Assembly (NCBI GenBank): GCA_020536535.1
Contig: JAHLWZ010000949.1
Span: 1 to 39,225 of the forward strand
Direction of reading: 5' to 3'
Origin: Pelomyxa schiedti
Taxonomy: Eukaryota > Protista > Evosea
Length of the DNA stretch: 39,225 nucleotides
Shown: positions 13,364 through 24,424 of the stretch, in pieces
How positions within the stretch are numbered: position 1 is the stretch's first letter
Layout: each line of letters opens with the position of its first letter
Notes under the pieces: model-generated
Databases searched by the model: none
What the model saw: only the letters and a program-made list of their open reading frames with translations
What the model was told of the DNA's origin: nothing
Program-made: the position numbers and the translations under genes

Positions 13364-15093
13364 TCAGTATCCAGAGGTGGTCATCACATCTGGGCCACAG
13401 GATGTTGGTGGTCTATCCCACTCTGTCTTGGAGGAAAGTGTGTCTAGAATGAGGGCTTGTGTGTGTAGTGGGATCATACTCACTGTCACAGCAGGTGGGA
13501 GGCGGTGCTTGGTTGGCCTTGGGATAGTGGAGGGAGGGAGCTGAATTGGGTGGAGTGTATGGTGTGAAGATAGATTAGGAGATAGGGTTGGGGATAGGGC
13601 CGGAGACAAATTTGGGGATAAGTTCGGGGACAAGTTTGGGGACAAATTTGGAGACACGTTTGGAGACAAGTACGGAGATAAATTTGGGGACAGGATAGGG
13701 GACAGATTTGGGGACAAGATTGGAGACAAGTTTGAGTAGTTTGGGGATAGAGTGGAGGGTCGCATAGGGGGTACTCTCAGGTGGTTCCTGTTAATGTGGG
13801 GCAGAGCGTGATTGGAGGGCTCTGGGAGGTGTAACTGTGAAAGGGGGATCGCCGGAAATGGGGGATCACTGTTAATGGGGTAGGAATTTGCCGGAAATGA
13901 AGGCGGAACGTTGAGAGATTGTAGGTGCACGGGAGTGTGATGGTGTGTAGCGGAAACCGAGTGGTTGTTCGAGAATGATTTGCGAGATTTTGCCTCTAGC
14001 ACCTCGTTTCTGTAACGATTGTTTAATTTTCCTCTCACAAATAAGTTAGAGTGTAGAAGTACGGTCGCCAAACGTATCGAACAACTCCAGAGCATGTTTC
14101 CTTATGTGAATACGTCCTTTGAAAATCAGGGTGCCCTCGGTTACTAAAAGCGTTTAAGAACATCTCTCAAACCAAAAAAAATGAATGAATGTACGTTGGG
14201 TGCAAAGCTGGGCTGGTGCAAACAGAATTCTTCTTCATTGCCCCACAACAAGTCCACTCGGGGCCGGAAGGCAAATTGGCATAAAAGCCGCGATGAGTGC
14301 GTGAACAGTCATCTTCAACGACATCGGCACACGGTTCGCCAAGAGTGAGGCAAGGAAGCAACTGGATTGATTTAACATAACTTGAAAAGGCTTTTCGCCC
14401 CCTCGTATTGATTGCATGGAATTACTTAAAAAAGCAACGGCACACCTCATTGCTTGACTTTCCATTGAGTGTGATGAGAGGAATCCCCACAGGTGCCCCA
14501 CAGTGGTGAGTATCGGCTTTGGTAGGAAAAATTGCAGGCAGTTTGAGGCCCTAATGTGCCTCAGAATGAAACACCCAAACCTCAAAACAAAGAAGAAGTG
14601 TTGCTGGTGCTTTCTTTTTTATTAATTGGGTAAGATACAAACCAGAGGTGGCGGCAAGCTTTTCATTCCCGTGAACCAGCACCAAAAAAGCCCCCCGCCT
14701 CTTGCGGTATTTGCGGGAGTAAATAATCGCTGTTTTTTTGTTGGTATTACCCCTCGTTCAAATGAAAATCTTTGTGTGTTTAGAAACTTAACTTTGTTGG
14801 TGGTATTGCTGCACCGGCGATTTTTGTACAATGTAGAACGTAACTAAGAAAGATTATTTCGGAGAATGTACGCTTTTCAGAGACTCAAACGGGGTCTCTG
14901 TCAGTGTAGGCAGGCGAAAACATTGGACATCAATACCCAAAAGGGACCCGTCAATCCACCCCTGTGTCCTGTAGCTCCACGAGCTGGGTTCTCTCAGCTC
15001 GAGCAGTTGCAACAATAGCTGGTAAGATGCTGAAGTCCCAGATGTGGGACTTGTCCCCAAACACAGGTTTTGGAAATCTTCATCATGTAGATA
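13364..15093 (-). CDS. Multi-exon hypothetical protein with a Cys/His (Btk-like) motif and a C-terminal (LSPN)n repeat; start codon not resolved
   Basis: Exons join in frame as ...THHCGAPVGIPLITLNGKSSNE|LLPC...THRGFYANLPSGPEWTCCGAMKKNSVC...|NRGHPDF...VWRP|NEVLEAK..., continuing into the 13364 ORF. The 5' exons near 14620-15093 are less certain. Confidence 0.5.
13575..13750 (-). repeat. 12-bp coding tandem repeat giving 14 Ser-Pro motifs, (L/V)SP(N/I/Y/A/T)
   Basis: Plus-strand units such as TTTGGGGACAAG / TTTGGAGACAAG; minus translation LSPNYSNLSPILSPN...LSPTLSPN. Confidence 0.92.
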
Positions 15094-15357
15094 CTGCGAA
15101 TCACAAAAACAAGACAAAACCCCGTATAGGCATTCCTACCGGGTCAAAAATGTCACTTTCTTCACGGTTTGGTTTGAATTTCTTCTCACTTCGCCCCACA
15201 ACCAGAACAACGAACAAAAAAAACGCTCCCGCGTTCGGTAGACAACACCCCAACGGCCCTATAAAAACAAAAAACCCAACTCTTCTACTAGGCTTGGCTT
15301 TGCTTCCCTTCCTTCATCAAAATTCTTTTCCCCCTTTCATTCTTTCTCCCATTAAAA

Positions 15358-16941
15358 ATGAACCGTTGCTCACAACTCGTCCCGTTGCTATTATTCGTCC
15401 TATCCGCCAATTTGGTTTCCTCGCAGTACACCTACGTCGACGAGGCGTACATGCTCGACCAAGAGACCAACAGCCTGCTCAAAGTGTCAATCGACCAGTT
15501 GACGAAAACCGCGACTCAGACGACCGTGTGCTCGTTCAGCAGCTCGCGATCTTTTGACGACGGGTGGTACGACCCCGTGCGGGGCTATTACTACGCATTT
15601 GAGCTGCAGGAGGTTCTCCTCTGCTACATCGAGCTGTTCAGGCTGAATGTGGCAACTTGCGCGGTGACGGATATAGGTTCGGTGGACTACTGCGGCTTGG
15701 GCGACGACGAGCACCTCTGGATGTCGTGGAACTGGGCCGACAGCGTCCCGTACATGCTGTATCTCGATTATGGGAACGACGACATCTACGTCTACAGCGT
15801 CGACGTCGCCGCCCTGGATTACACGAATTTGTGCCAGGACGTGAATTCCAACGCACCTTACTATTTTGGGGCTGATCCGGCCACTGGATTGTTTTACACC
15901 ACCTTTGGTACCCAGTCTCTGGGACCGGTGAATACATCCACTTGCTCGATATCAGCTGGTGCTGTAACCACCCCAATGCTAAAGTCTAAAGTTAGGACTA
16001 TGGCCTATGACCCCTGTCTCCAGAAAATGTTTTGACTCCTTCCTCCCCTTTTCTCTCTTTTCATATCTTCTGCCAGGTTTCTGGTGGCGCAGTGCTCGTC
16101 AGAATGCAACACAACAATGGCACAGATATTTGAATTTGACCCTACAACTGGAAGCACCGTGCTTTATGGACTTCTGCCACAGCAAAATGTTGTGGGATTG
16201 AGTTTTATCACTTCAAGCTGTCCTCCACCTCTCCCGACACAGCCTACTGTAACTTTCACACTTCAACTCCAACTCGCAGGTTCTCTTGTTGAATCGTAAC
16301 CGAAAACTAAAATGTCTTACTTTACAGGGACGTCATATACGGGCAATTTGACTGTGGACTTTATCAAGGATATAGCAAGGACCCTAAGGGTCTCTCTAAA
16401 TTCTGTTAGAATATTGTCCTTCGGCCCCATAACACTTCCACCCGCTCCTGCCCCAGTTGTTGCAGTGAAGGATACACTTGCAGATACCATCGTGATATAT
16501 TCTGTGGAGCTATGCGATGATGCCAGTTACAGCAACGACTGCGTCGACAGTGGTATTATCATACAAGATATGCAACTGGCCGTAGACAACACCTCGAGTG
16601 CGTTGTACCAAGGCGATGTTACATGCTACACAGACACAGATTCCCTGGTTCTGGTTGATGTTGTTGAGGCCCCTTCGATCTCCATATCTAAATCTACTTC
16701 CATCTCCACTTCACATTCTCACTCCCTATCCTCTTCACATTCCCACTCCCTTTCCTCATCTCATTCTACTTCCACATCGAGATCACGATCCTCATCCGTC
16801 ATCATATCCACTGAAGAATCTTCATCTGAAAGGCACAGCAGTCCCACTCATTTGGAGTCCTCTGTAAGCCTCAGTACTGCCTCTAAATTTGCCATTCCTG
16901 CCACTGTCCCACTACTTATTGCTCTCATTGCCTTTGCTTGA
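15358..16941 (+). CDS. Secreted, probably GPI-anchored surface protein (beta-rich N-terminal domain, SEA-like module, Ser/His-rich stalk)
   Basis: Signal peptide MNRCSQLVPLLLFVLSANLVSS. Three exons join in phase (about 15358-16028, 16078-16279, 16327-16941). SEA-like FTLQLQLAGTSYTG...FIKDIARTLRVSLNSVRILS, S/H/T-rich linker, and a hydrophobic C-terminus with no cytosolic tail (FAIPATVPLLIALIAFA*). Confidence 0.7.
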
Positions 16942-17019
16942 ACCTTCAAAAGAAATAAAGCTGTGACCTTAGGCAATTTATTTGTACTTATACTTGGGTT
17001 TGTTACACTTTTTTTTTTA

Positions 17020-20000
17020 TTAATTAGTCACTGGCGTGCATTTTCTCATGAAATCCAGGAGAAATTTTTTCTGTGGGGAGTGAGTTGTAGGGAACTTGGA
17101 TGAACAACCTGCAAAAGCCAGGATAACGTCTAAATCGGAATAATGAAGAGAGAGTGCGTCGCTAAGGTTTCTAAGTATTTTATCGCTACTTGTTCCACTA
17201 AGAGGAGTGCCGTAAGTGCCGTATCCGGAAAATAAAACGAGACTCACCTTGCAGTTTTTTCAAGAATCAAGACCGCTGTGGTTGCGTATCTAACAAAAAG
17301 ATGCAACCAATTTCTAACAACGGCCCCTTGCAGATGCCTTTATATATTAGACGAGATATCATTGGGTTAGGGAAAGAGTGGTTACCTAGGTAAATCTTGT
17401 AGTTCCTCCAGCATTGAAGAAACGAGTTCGGAGTTGCTTGTTGGGTGCAAGTGACGCAAAATGAAGGAGCGTCTGGTTGTTTGAAATAAGTCACAACCAA
17501 ATAAAAGTTATCGGTGTTACTTGGAGGTTTTTGACACTGATGTGGATGCTGACTGGCAATACAGTTTATCTACCTGTAGTTGTATATAGTCCTTTTGTAA
17601 CTTTTTGAAAGAGTAAAATCCAGAAAACTGGATTTAACGAGAGGTCAACTTATTGCAACAAAAAAAAAGTATGGGATACCATTGAAACAGTTCTTGCATC
17701 AAGATCTACAATAGATGTTGGGTAGGGACTTAGAAAAAGCTGTTCATCAGTGACATCAGTAATGACACCATTCACGCCTTGTAGCATTAGCTAGGAAAAA
17801 ATGTCAGAGAGGGTAGAAATGGTGAGAACGCACATCAGACGAGTACGTGAGGTCACACAAGTGACTTGAATTTAATCGCTGTATTGCATCTGAAAAAACA
17901 GCAAGTGTGGTCACGAACTACAGGTATATTACTTCTCATAGAAAACAGAAAGTAAAAGAAGTAAGAATCATAATACAAAAAGAGTAGCAAGCAACCAACA
18001 AAAATGTATGGAAGTGAGCAAGTATCGTGTGCAGGAAAAAGCTAAGAACAAACCAAGTTGATTTTGTCTTTATCGGAGCCAATTACAACAGTGCAACCCA
18101 TCGTTTTCAGATGGGATGTTACTGCGCTAGTGAGAGAGTCAATATAAGCCATTTGACAAATACATACATCGAAAAAAAAGCGGCTCCATAAGTATCTGTA
18201 ACTTTGCACAACTCAGGGAAGCATGATATTGATTCTGGGAGGTGATGATGGAGGAGTACTTCCATACACTCACACAGTCTTTGTACTTCCTCGTTCATTG
18301 GTGGAATTGGGCTGTCCTACGGCGTGACTTCAACTTAAAATTGTAGGAAAAAGACAAGGTACTTTGGATAGTAAAATACATAATCGGCATGCTGTGACCC
18401 CAAGTCCTAAGCTGAATTAAAAGAAATTATTTTGTCTTGGTGGGATTAACTATCTATTGCCCGGGGGTGGAAGTCAAGGTATCTTGATTGAAATTCTTTT
18501 CTTGCCAAGATTGTGAGTGTACATATTTTACCCTGTCCTTGTGTGAGAACAGTGAATACAACTGATACAAAAAAATGCTCTAGGAAATTTCAGTAAAAGT
18601 GGAAGATGTGAAAGGGACAACTTGAAGGCAATGAGATAAGCTTGATTTGCAAACAGTCACTGACTTCATCACAATAAAAATCAAAAACGCGAATACAATC
18701 AGCCAGCTCTGCAATTACAAATCCCATATGGTCATCTTCTTTAAATAGTTCGATACCGTTCCACGCCTTGTTAAGTTAAAGATTGACTATGTGCGAACTT
18801 GGAAAGCCTACGACTGCTAAATGAGGGCCGAGGCCACTAGAATACATTCCTAAGTGCACAGCACTTATCCAAGTAGTTGTTTCAATTCTAAAGAAGTGCG
18901 GTCTGAAGACTATTAATTCTTCTAGTTAAGGGTAACAGTATATACTTCACATATTTTATCCCTAGAACGGAATGGATTAATGAATCAGATAATAATGAGT
19001 AACAGACCTCGAGGTACGTGGGTTGGATGCCCCGGATGTGTAACATTAGTTTTCTTGGGTGGTCGACCAGCGACAGTTGCGTTCCAGTACTCATGTAGCA
19101 AACCAGTGTGAGGGATGCCAGTCGTTGGTGATGGGGAGGCAGGAAGAGGCTGTTTGTCCCGTGGTGATTGGGCAGGAGGGCTGTTATTCGAAATAGTTGG
19201 TTTTGATTGTGGGGATGAGGGGGGGGTTTCTGGTTGCGACAACGGCGACAATTGAGGTTGTGGAGGTGGAGAAATCGAAGTGTGTGACTGAAGTGGTGAT
19301 GAAGGTGAATATACATTGTGTGTTGGGGAAGCTGCTGTGGGAGTTTCCTTTGCAGCGCAAGAGATAGGAAGAGGTGGTGGTGTAGAATCTTGAGGTGTTT
19401 GAGAGGTGGCACAAACAGAAGTTTCCGGTGGTGACAAGGATCCGGTAGAGTCAATAACGGATGGTGCTACTGTCGGAGGCGGTGTTAAAACGGAGGGAAG
19501 CTCGACAGTTGGCGCTGGTGGCAACACAGGTATTGGAAGAAGAAACTCCAAAGAAGGAACGAACTGCTCGATCGGCTGTGGTGCCAAGTACGTCGTCGGA
19601 ACCGAGGCACTGCAAAGCGCAAGAGGAGGCGGGAAAAAAGGAGGCTTAGGCGAGGGAGGCCGATACGGCACGGACGAGTCGACCACATCCAGCAACGGGA
19701 GCTGCTGCTCCAGGTGCGCCAAAGGCAGAGGCGGAGGAGGCAGCAGAGGGGCCGGGGACGGCGGGACCGGCGCAAACGGGGAGCTGGGAGGGTGCCCCGG
19801 CGAGAGAGGGGCCGAAACCGTGGAGCAAGGGCCGTCCCCAGGTCTCACAAAATGCTGGTCTTGTCGCCAAGTCACATCCTCGTCGTGAGCATCGGCATTG
19901 GCACTGGCACTGGCGGCGGCGTCGATATTCGCATTCAGCCAGACTCCCACGTGGCTGTCGAGTGCGCAAGAAGCCGCCGCCACCTGAGGCGCCGATGGCA

Positions 20001-20400
20001 CAGGCGCCGGCGACGGCGGCGGGGAGAACACCGAGAAGTGGTGGATTGCCACAACAGGGGGAGGCAGCGGGGGCGGCGGAGGCGGCGGAGCCGGCGTGGG
20101 CGTGGGCGTGGGCAGGGGCAGGGGCGAATAATAGGACGCCGACGCCGAGCCGGAAGCCAAGGCGGCGATCTGGGGCGACGGGGGCGGCGACGGCGCGGGG
20201 GAGGACGGGGCCTCGTCGCCGTAGTAGGCGTCGGCCTCGGACACGGCCACGCCACACCGAGAGAGCGACGAGTGGGCGCACAGCGACGCGTGCAGCACGT
20301 TGCGTGCCTTGCTGGGGCGCACCAAGTAGATCTGCTCGTTGGGTTTCGGCGCAGCTGAGCCCAGCGGCGTCGTTGTATCCCACGACGTCGTGTGGCTCAT
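17020..20400 (-). CDS. Large hypothetical protein: Pro/Ser/Ala-rich first exon (about 460 aa) plus many short exons encoding an unrecognised globular C-terminal region
   Basis: 471-aa ORF from the ATG at 20400. Downstream GT-AG-bounded exons read e.g. KAWNGIELFKEDDHMGFVIAELADCIRVFDF, LMLQGVNGVITDV and FYLVVTYFKQPDAPSFCVTC, ending ...DFMRKCTPVTN* at 17020. Confidence 0.55.
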
Positions 20401-20632
20401 GGCTGTTTCTCGTATGTTTTTAATGAATTAATTCGAATCTCCCTGTTGATGGTATCAACAATCATGCACGCCTCTTGCTGCTTTTTGTGGGAGGCACCTT
20501 TCGAAATAGTTGTGGAGTTTTCTTTTTAGAAAGCGAAAGCCGGCTTGGCCACCGTTTTGTTGACTTCCATTTCGTTCAATTGTTTGTTGTTGGAATCCAT
20601 TGGCCATCTGCATCAGGTTCTGCTTGGCCCGA

Positions 20633-22831
20633 TCAAGACACTGGGTAGTAGACTCCCTCAATGAGCCAGCTGGAGGGAGTGTATTTGGCTGCAGTCTGCT
20701 GCACGCCAGCCAATAGGCTAGGCGTGTCCCATACACTGGCAGTGGACTGAATGTTGTTGCTTGCCATGAATCCCGCTGCGGCTCCGGCAGCAGCCCCGCT
20801 GCTCCATTCAATTGGGTGCAGGCGCGTGGCTGCATTCACGAGGAAAGTCTGGGCCATGACTTTGCCGCAAACGAGGAGGTTCGTGATGGACTGGGACGTG
20901 AGCGCTCTGAAGGGTATGAAGTAAGGCAGTATTGGGTAATACACTTGCATGTAGCTAGGGTAGGTGCAACCCTTAATTCCGTGGATATCAACGTCATAAG
21001 CACCTGGAAGAATTGACCTTGCAATAAATTCCGAGACAGATTACTTACCTATTGCAACCCTATCGGGAAAGGGGTAACCAGTTACTTGAGAAACGGTTCC
21101 ACTTATCGTGCTTATGTTCATCAAAAATCCATTCAAACCAATAGCTCTTCTTGTGTCTCGTAAATATGGAACCTGGCAGGAAAAACCGCTAAGGCAATAA
21201 TGAAAAGTGGATGGGTACAAACCTTAGAGAGTCCATGACATGTACCAAAAATTTGTGTTGCAAGTGTCACAGTATCAGGGTCGCGACCGTTGTTTTTGCT
21301 TTCATTTTTAAACCAGTAATGCCAACCAAATGCCAGATTTTCACCAGTCTCGAGGGTATCAAGATTTACACCTCCCTTCCAGTCTGCTACCTTTTTATTT
21401 GGTTTTATTTTATTGACTTGGTGCATTTGGTTGGAAGTACTTGGAGTGCTGCATCAGATCTTGATATGAATGTGTACGCAAACGAATTGTCATTTCCCGA
21501 GCCCCAATTTTGTAATGATACATCCCCTGCTGCAGCTACTGACGCAGAACCGTAGAGTCGTCGGTATGTCCACACAGAGTCCCACCTATGTGGGGTAGTA
21601 TAATCTCGTTTTCTTTTACCTACGTGTATCCTTCAAGTGAATAATAATCTGCATGGTCGACAGGATATGGGTCAGGTTGCTCGTATACTGGTACTCCATG
21701 AACTTCTTCAGCAAAGCAATAGGTAGAAGACTGTTTTTGTTTAAAAGTGGGCTGGGGAAAAAAGAAAGGATACTTGGCCACATGTATCATCACCCTGACC
21801 ACTGATGTCCCCATCATACTGTTCTGAAAGTCCCTGTAGACTTTCAGTTTACAAAGTAAGAAGGCCCTTTTGACCTGTAGGTAATCCGCACCAGAGAGGG
21901 GTAACAATTCTCCCCACTCAGTAGCATCAACGAATATATCCCCAGTAAATGTTCTGACTTTTTTACTGAATCTGCTACTATCTTCCAGAGAGTACCAGTC
22001 TTCCACATCTTGAGACAATGGTCTACAGAGTTAATAAAACTGTTAAGAAGTAAAGGTAATACCGATCGTATCCAGAGCATACAACACCATTTGCGGGGGT
22101 TCTAGTAATTGCTGTCAGAGAGGATATCCCCTTTCCACTTTCCGTGCTGTAGGTTTGAACTGATTTCACGACAGTATCTGGGAGAGGTAAAAGAGAAATT
22201 AAATCGCCACATGACTCTACTGTAGAAAATAGACAAATTTGAGGCCACTTGCGCCAAATAGGGTTGTACATAATCAAGGAACAATTGTGGTGGAAAGCAG
22301 TTTGTACTAACCCAGCAGTGGCCAGGGCTTCCTATCTATGCCAGTTAGTGCAATAGCACTACAATGAAGAAAACCTACCTTCTTTACAATGGTATTGAAG
22401 ATTGGTGGCAAGTTGGATGGATCCCGGGCGTACTTAATTTAATATTGGTGAAAGCATACGGAGACAAGAAAAATACCTTATAAACAGGCAAAGACTGGTT
22501 TCCATCTGTCACAGTGTGCCAAGCTAAATACAAGCATTAGCCGAGAAACAAAACAAAATAAGTAAAACCAAACAAACAAAAAAAAATTACCAAAGTCAAT
22601 AGCAGGCACGGAAATTGTAGTTTGACCGCCGAGCCAATCAGTAGGCTCGAGCAAACAAACGCCAGAGATCTCGCTAGCAGCCGAGATCGCCGCTGCCAGT
22701 GCCGATGTCGTTCCACCGGCAATTACTACATTGCACTCTACATTATCCCCGTCATCGACTGCGTTGCCGGCAACGCTACAACTCGCAAGTGCGACCAAGC
22801 AAACAACCCACGCTGCCAAACGGCACGCCAT
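20633..22831 (-). CDS. Secreted FAD-dependent oxidoreductase, bacterial FAD_oxidored (PF12831-like) type
   Basis: Signal peptide, then NVVIAGGTTSALAAAISAA...LLEPTDWLGGQTT (Rossmann-like), IFVDATEWGELL, WKGG...GTCHGLSK, YLRDTRRAIG and C-terminal IPFRALTSQSITNLLVCGK...RLHPIEWSSGAAAGAAA. Many short introns. Confidence 0.85.
21731..21773 (-). other. 43-nt intron with a U12-type-like 5' splice site (GTATCCTTT)
   Basis: Exon 21774-21833 (GLSEQYDGDISGQGDDTCGQ) joins in phase 0 to SSTYCFAEE. The intron reads GTATCCTTTCTTTTTTCCCCAGCCCACTTTTAAACAAAAACAG. Confidence 0.45.
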
Positions 22832-22895
22832 TCAGAGTCGGTTTTCTGAGAATGCCGATCGGAATAATCTGTGATTGACCTAGAGAACAAAAAAA

Positions 22896-24227
22896 ATGAG
22901 CTACAGCAACGACGAGGGAAGCTCGTGCGACGGGTCGGCAGAAAGTAACGACGAAGAGGAGGGGGACTATACCTCCGACTACAGCGACTACGACAGTTGT
23001 GGCCCAAGTGACGGCAGTGCCTCGTACTACGATGACGACGGCGGGTCTTACGACGACGACGGAGGCACCGGCTCCGACGCAAGCAACCACGTCAAGTTCT
23101 ACGACTACGACAACCCCCACCGCCACCGAGCCGCGGCGACCTCATCTGCAACTCGCAAGCAGCCGCGGCCTCCGCAGCAGCAGCAGCACCACAACCACCA
23201 CCACCACGGCGGCAACAGCCCCAGCCACCCGCGCCAATGCCGTTGCTGCACCGCTCCCTCGGGCCGCGACGCCGGGGCCCGCAGCGGGCCGGCGCACCGG
23301 CGCACGCCCTCGCACCCCGGCCGCATCGTTCGGCGGCAGCGGGTGGTGGGGTACCGGCAGCGCGCCGAGCAGGTCACCGGGCCCCCGGCCGCGTCCCCTC
23401 CAGCGTCCCTGGCGGCGCGGGGCAGGCCGCAAGGAGTTACGGGACGGGGGGGCCAGCCGCGGCGCGGGGGGGCGGCGGCCGCGAGAGGTGCCTGCTCGCC
23501 CGGGGGCGGGGGCGCAGCGGGGCCCGGGACTGCGAGCAGCCTGGCGCAGAGGGAGAGGGACCGGGTGTCTGCGAGGCGCGAGGTGGCGGCCTTGAAGTCG
23601 GAAGTGTGCGTGGCTCGGGCCCGGCTGGAGGCGGCCAGGCAGCGGGTGGAAGTCGCCCGCGGGGCTGCTCAGGTTGCTGCCAGTTTGGCGCAGACTGAGG
23701 CCAGGGGACACCGCAGGTAAGCGGGGAACCTACGTTTGATTGGCACCACTAGTAATGATGGCAATCCTTTGCAGTTTGGAGAGAACTCCTGGGGATATAA
23801 CTAGCCTGAGGCTGCAGATACAGCAGCTACGGAAAGAAGTGGCTGATATTGCCTCAGAAAATGAATCCACGCGGGAAATGATTTATGAATTAACGGCCGT
23901 TGTAGAAGTGAGCTTTCTTACATCCCACCCAGTTTACTGACATTCCCTATTTCTCCTTACGTGGAGAAAGAGAGGGACACATGTAGCAATATTTCTCAAG
24001 TGATATCAGAGTGCGCTAAAAATGAGCTCCAAATACTTACCAAACAACGAGAGGCAGCAAAAGCAAGGGCAAAAGAACTCGCCAGGAAAAGGGCAAACAT
24101 GGAATCAAGGTACGGCAACAGCCTGGCAAGTGATTACTTTTAACCTTTTCTAAAAAGGATACAAATGTGGCTGACTGCCAATCAAGACGCCCTTCTAACG
24201 CTCACACAAGCACCCAAAAGATTGTAA
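22896..24227 (+). CDS. Hypothetical protein: acidic D/Y/S-rich N-terminus, low-complexity middle, C-terminal coiled coil
   Basis: 274-aa first ORF. Following exons LERTPGDITSLRLQIQQLRKEV..., EKERDTC...ARKRANMESR|IQMWLTANQDALLTLTQAPKRL* join in phase and show heptad character. Confidence 0.65.
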
Positions 24228-24424
24228 AAACGGAAACAAAGTTGTTTTCATGGTTTTTTTGTTGAAATTTCGTTAAAAGTTCTTCTGCACTTAGTGCAAC
24301 CATCAAGGAAATTTGCGCCTATCCCATTGAAAGATGCCGCACGAAAAAAAAAAACAAGCAACACTCAAAACCATTAAAAAAAAGAGAAAAACCTACAAGC
24401 TTTGTACAACAAACAACAAAGAGA

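Noticed and set aside
13545-13740. Antisense reading of the 12-bp repeat as (GDKF)n, reminiscent of tetrapeptide repeats in some bacterial proteins
   Set aside because: The plus frame is closed by TGA at 13542-13544 and TAG at 13736-13738 and has no ATG. The K/R variation is synonymous Leu in the minus frame, which is part of a long spliced ORF.
19406-20423. Multiple long overlapping ORFs on both strands (also at 7013-7754, 22999-23711, 29572-30382, 31649-32216)
   Set aside because: These are shadow ORFs caused by stop-codon scarcity in GC-rich, low-complexity first exons; their translations are R/G/P-biased with no motifs.
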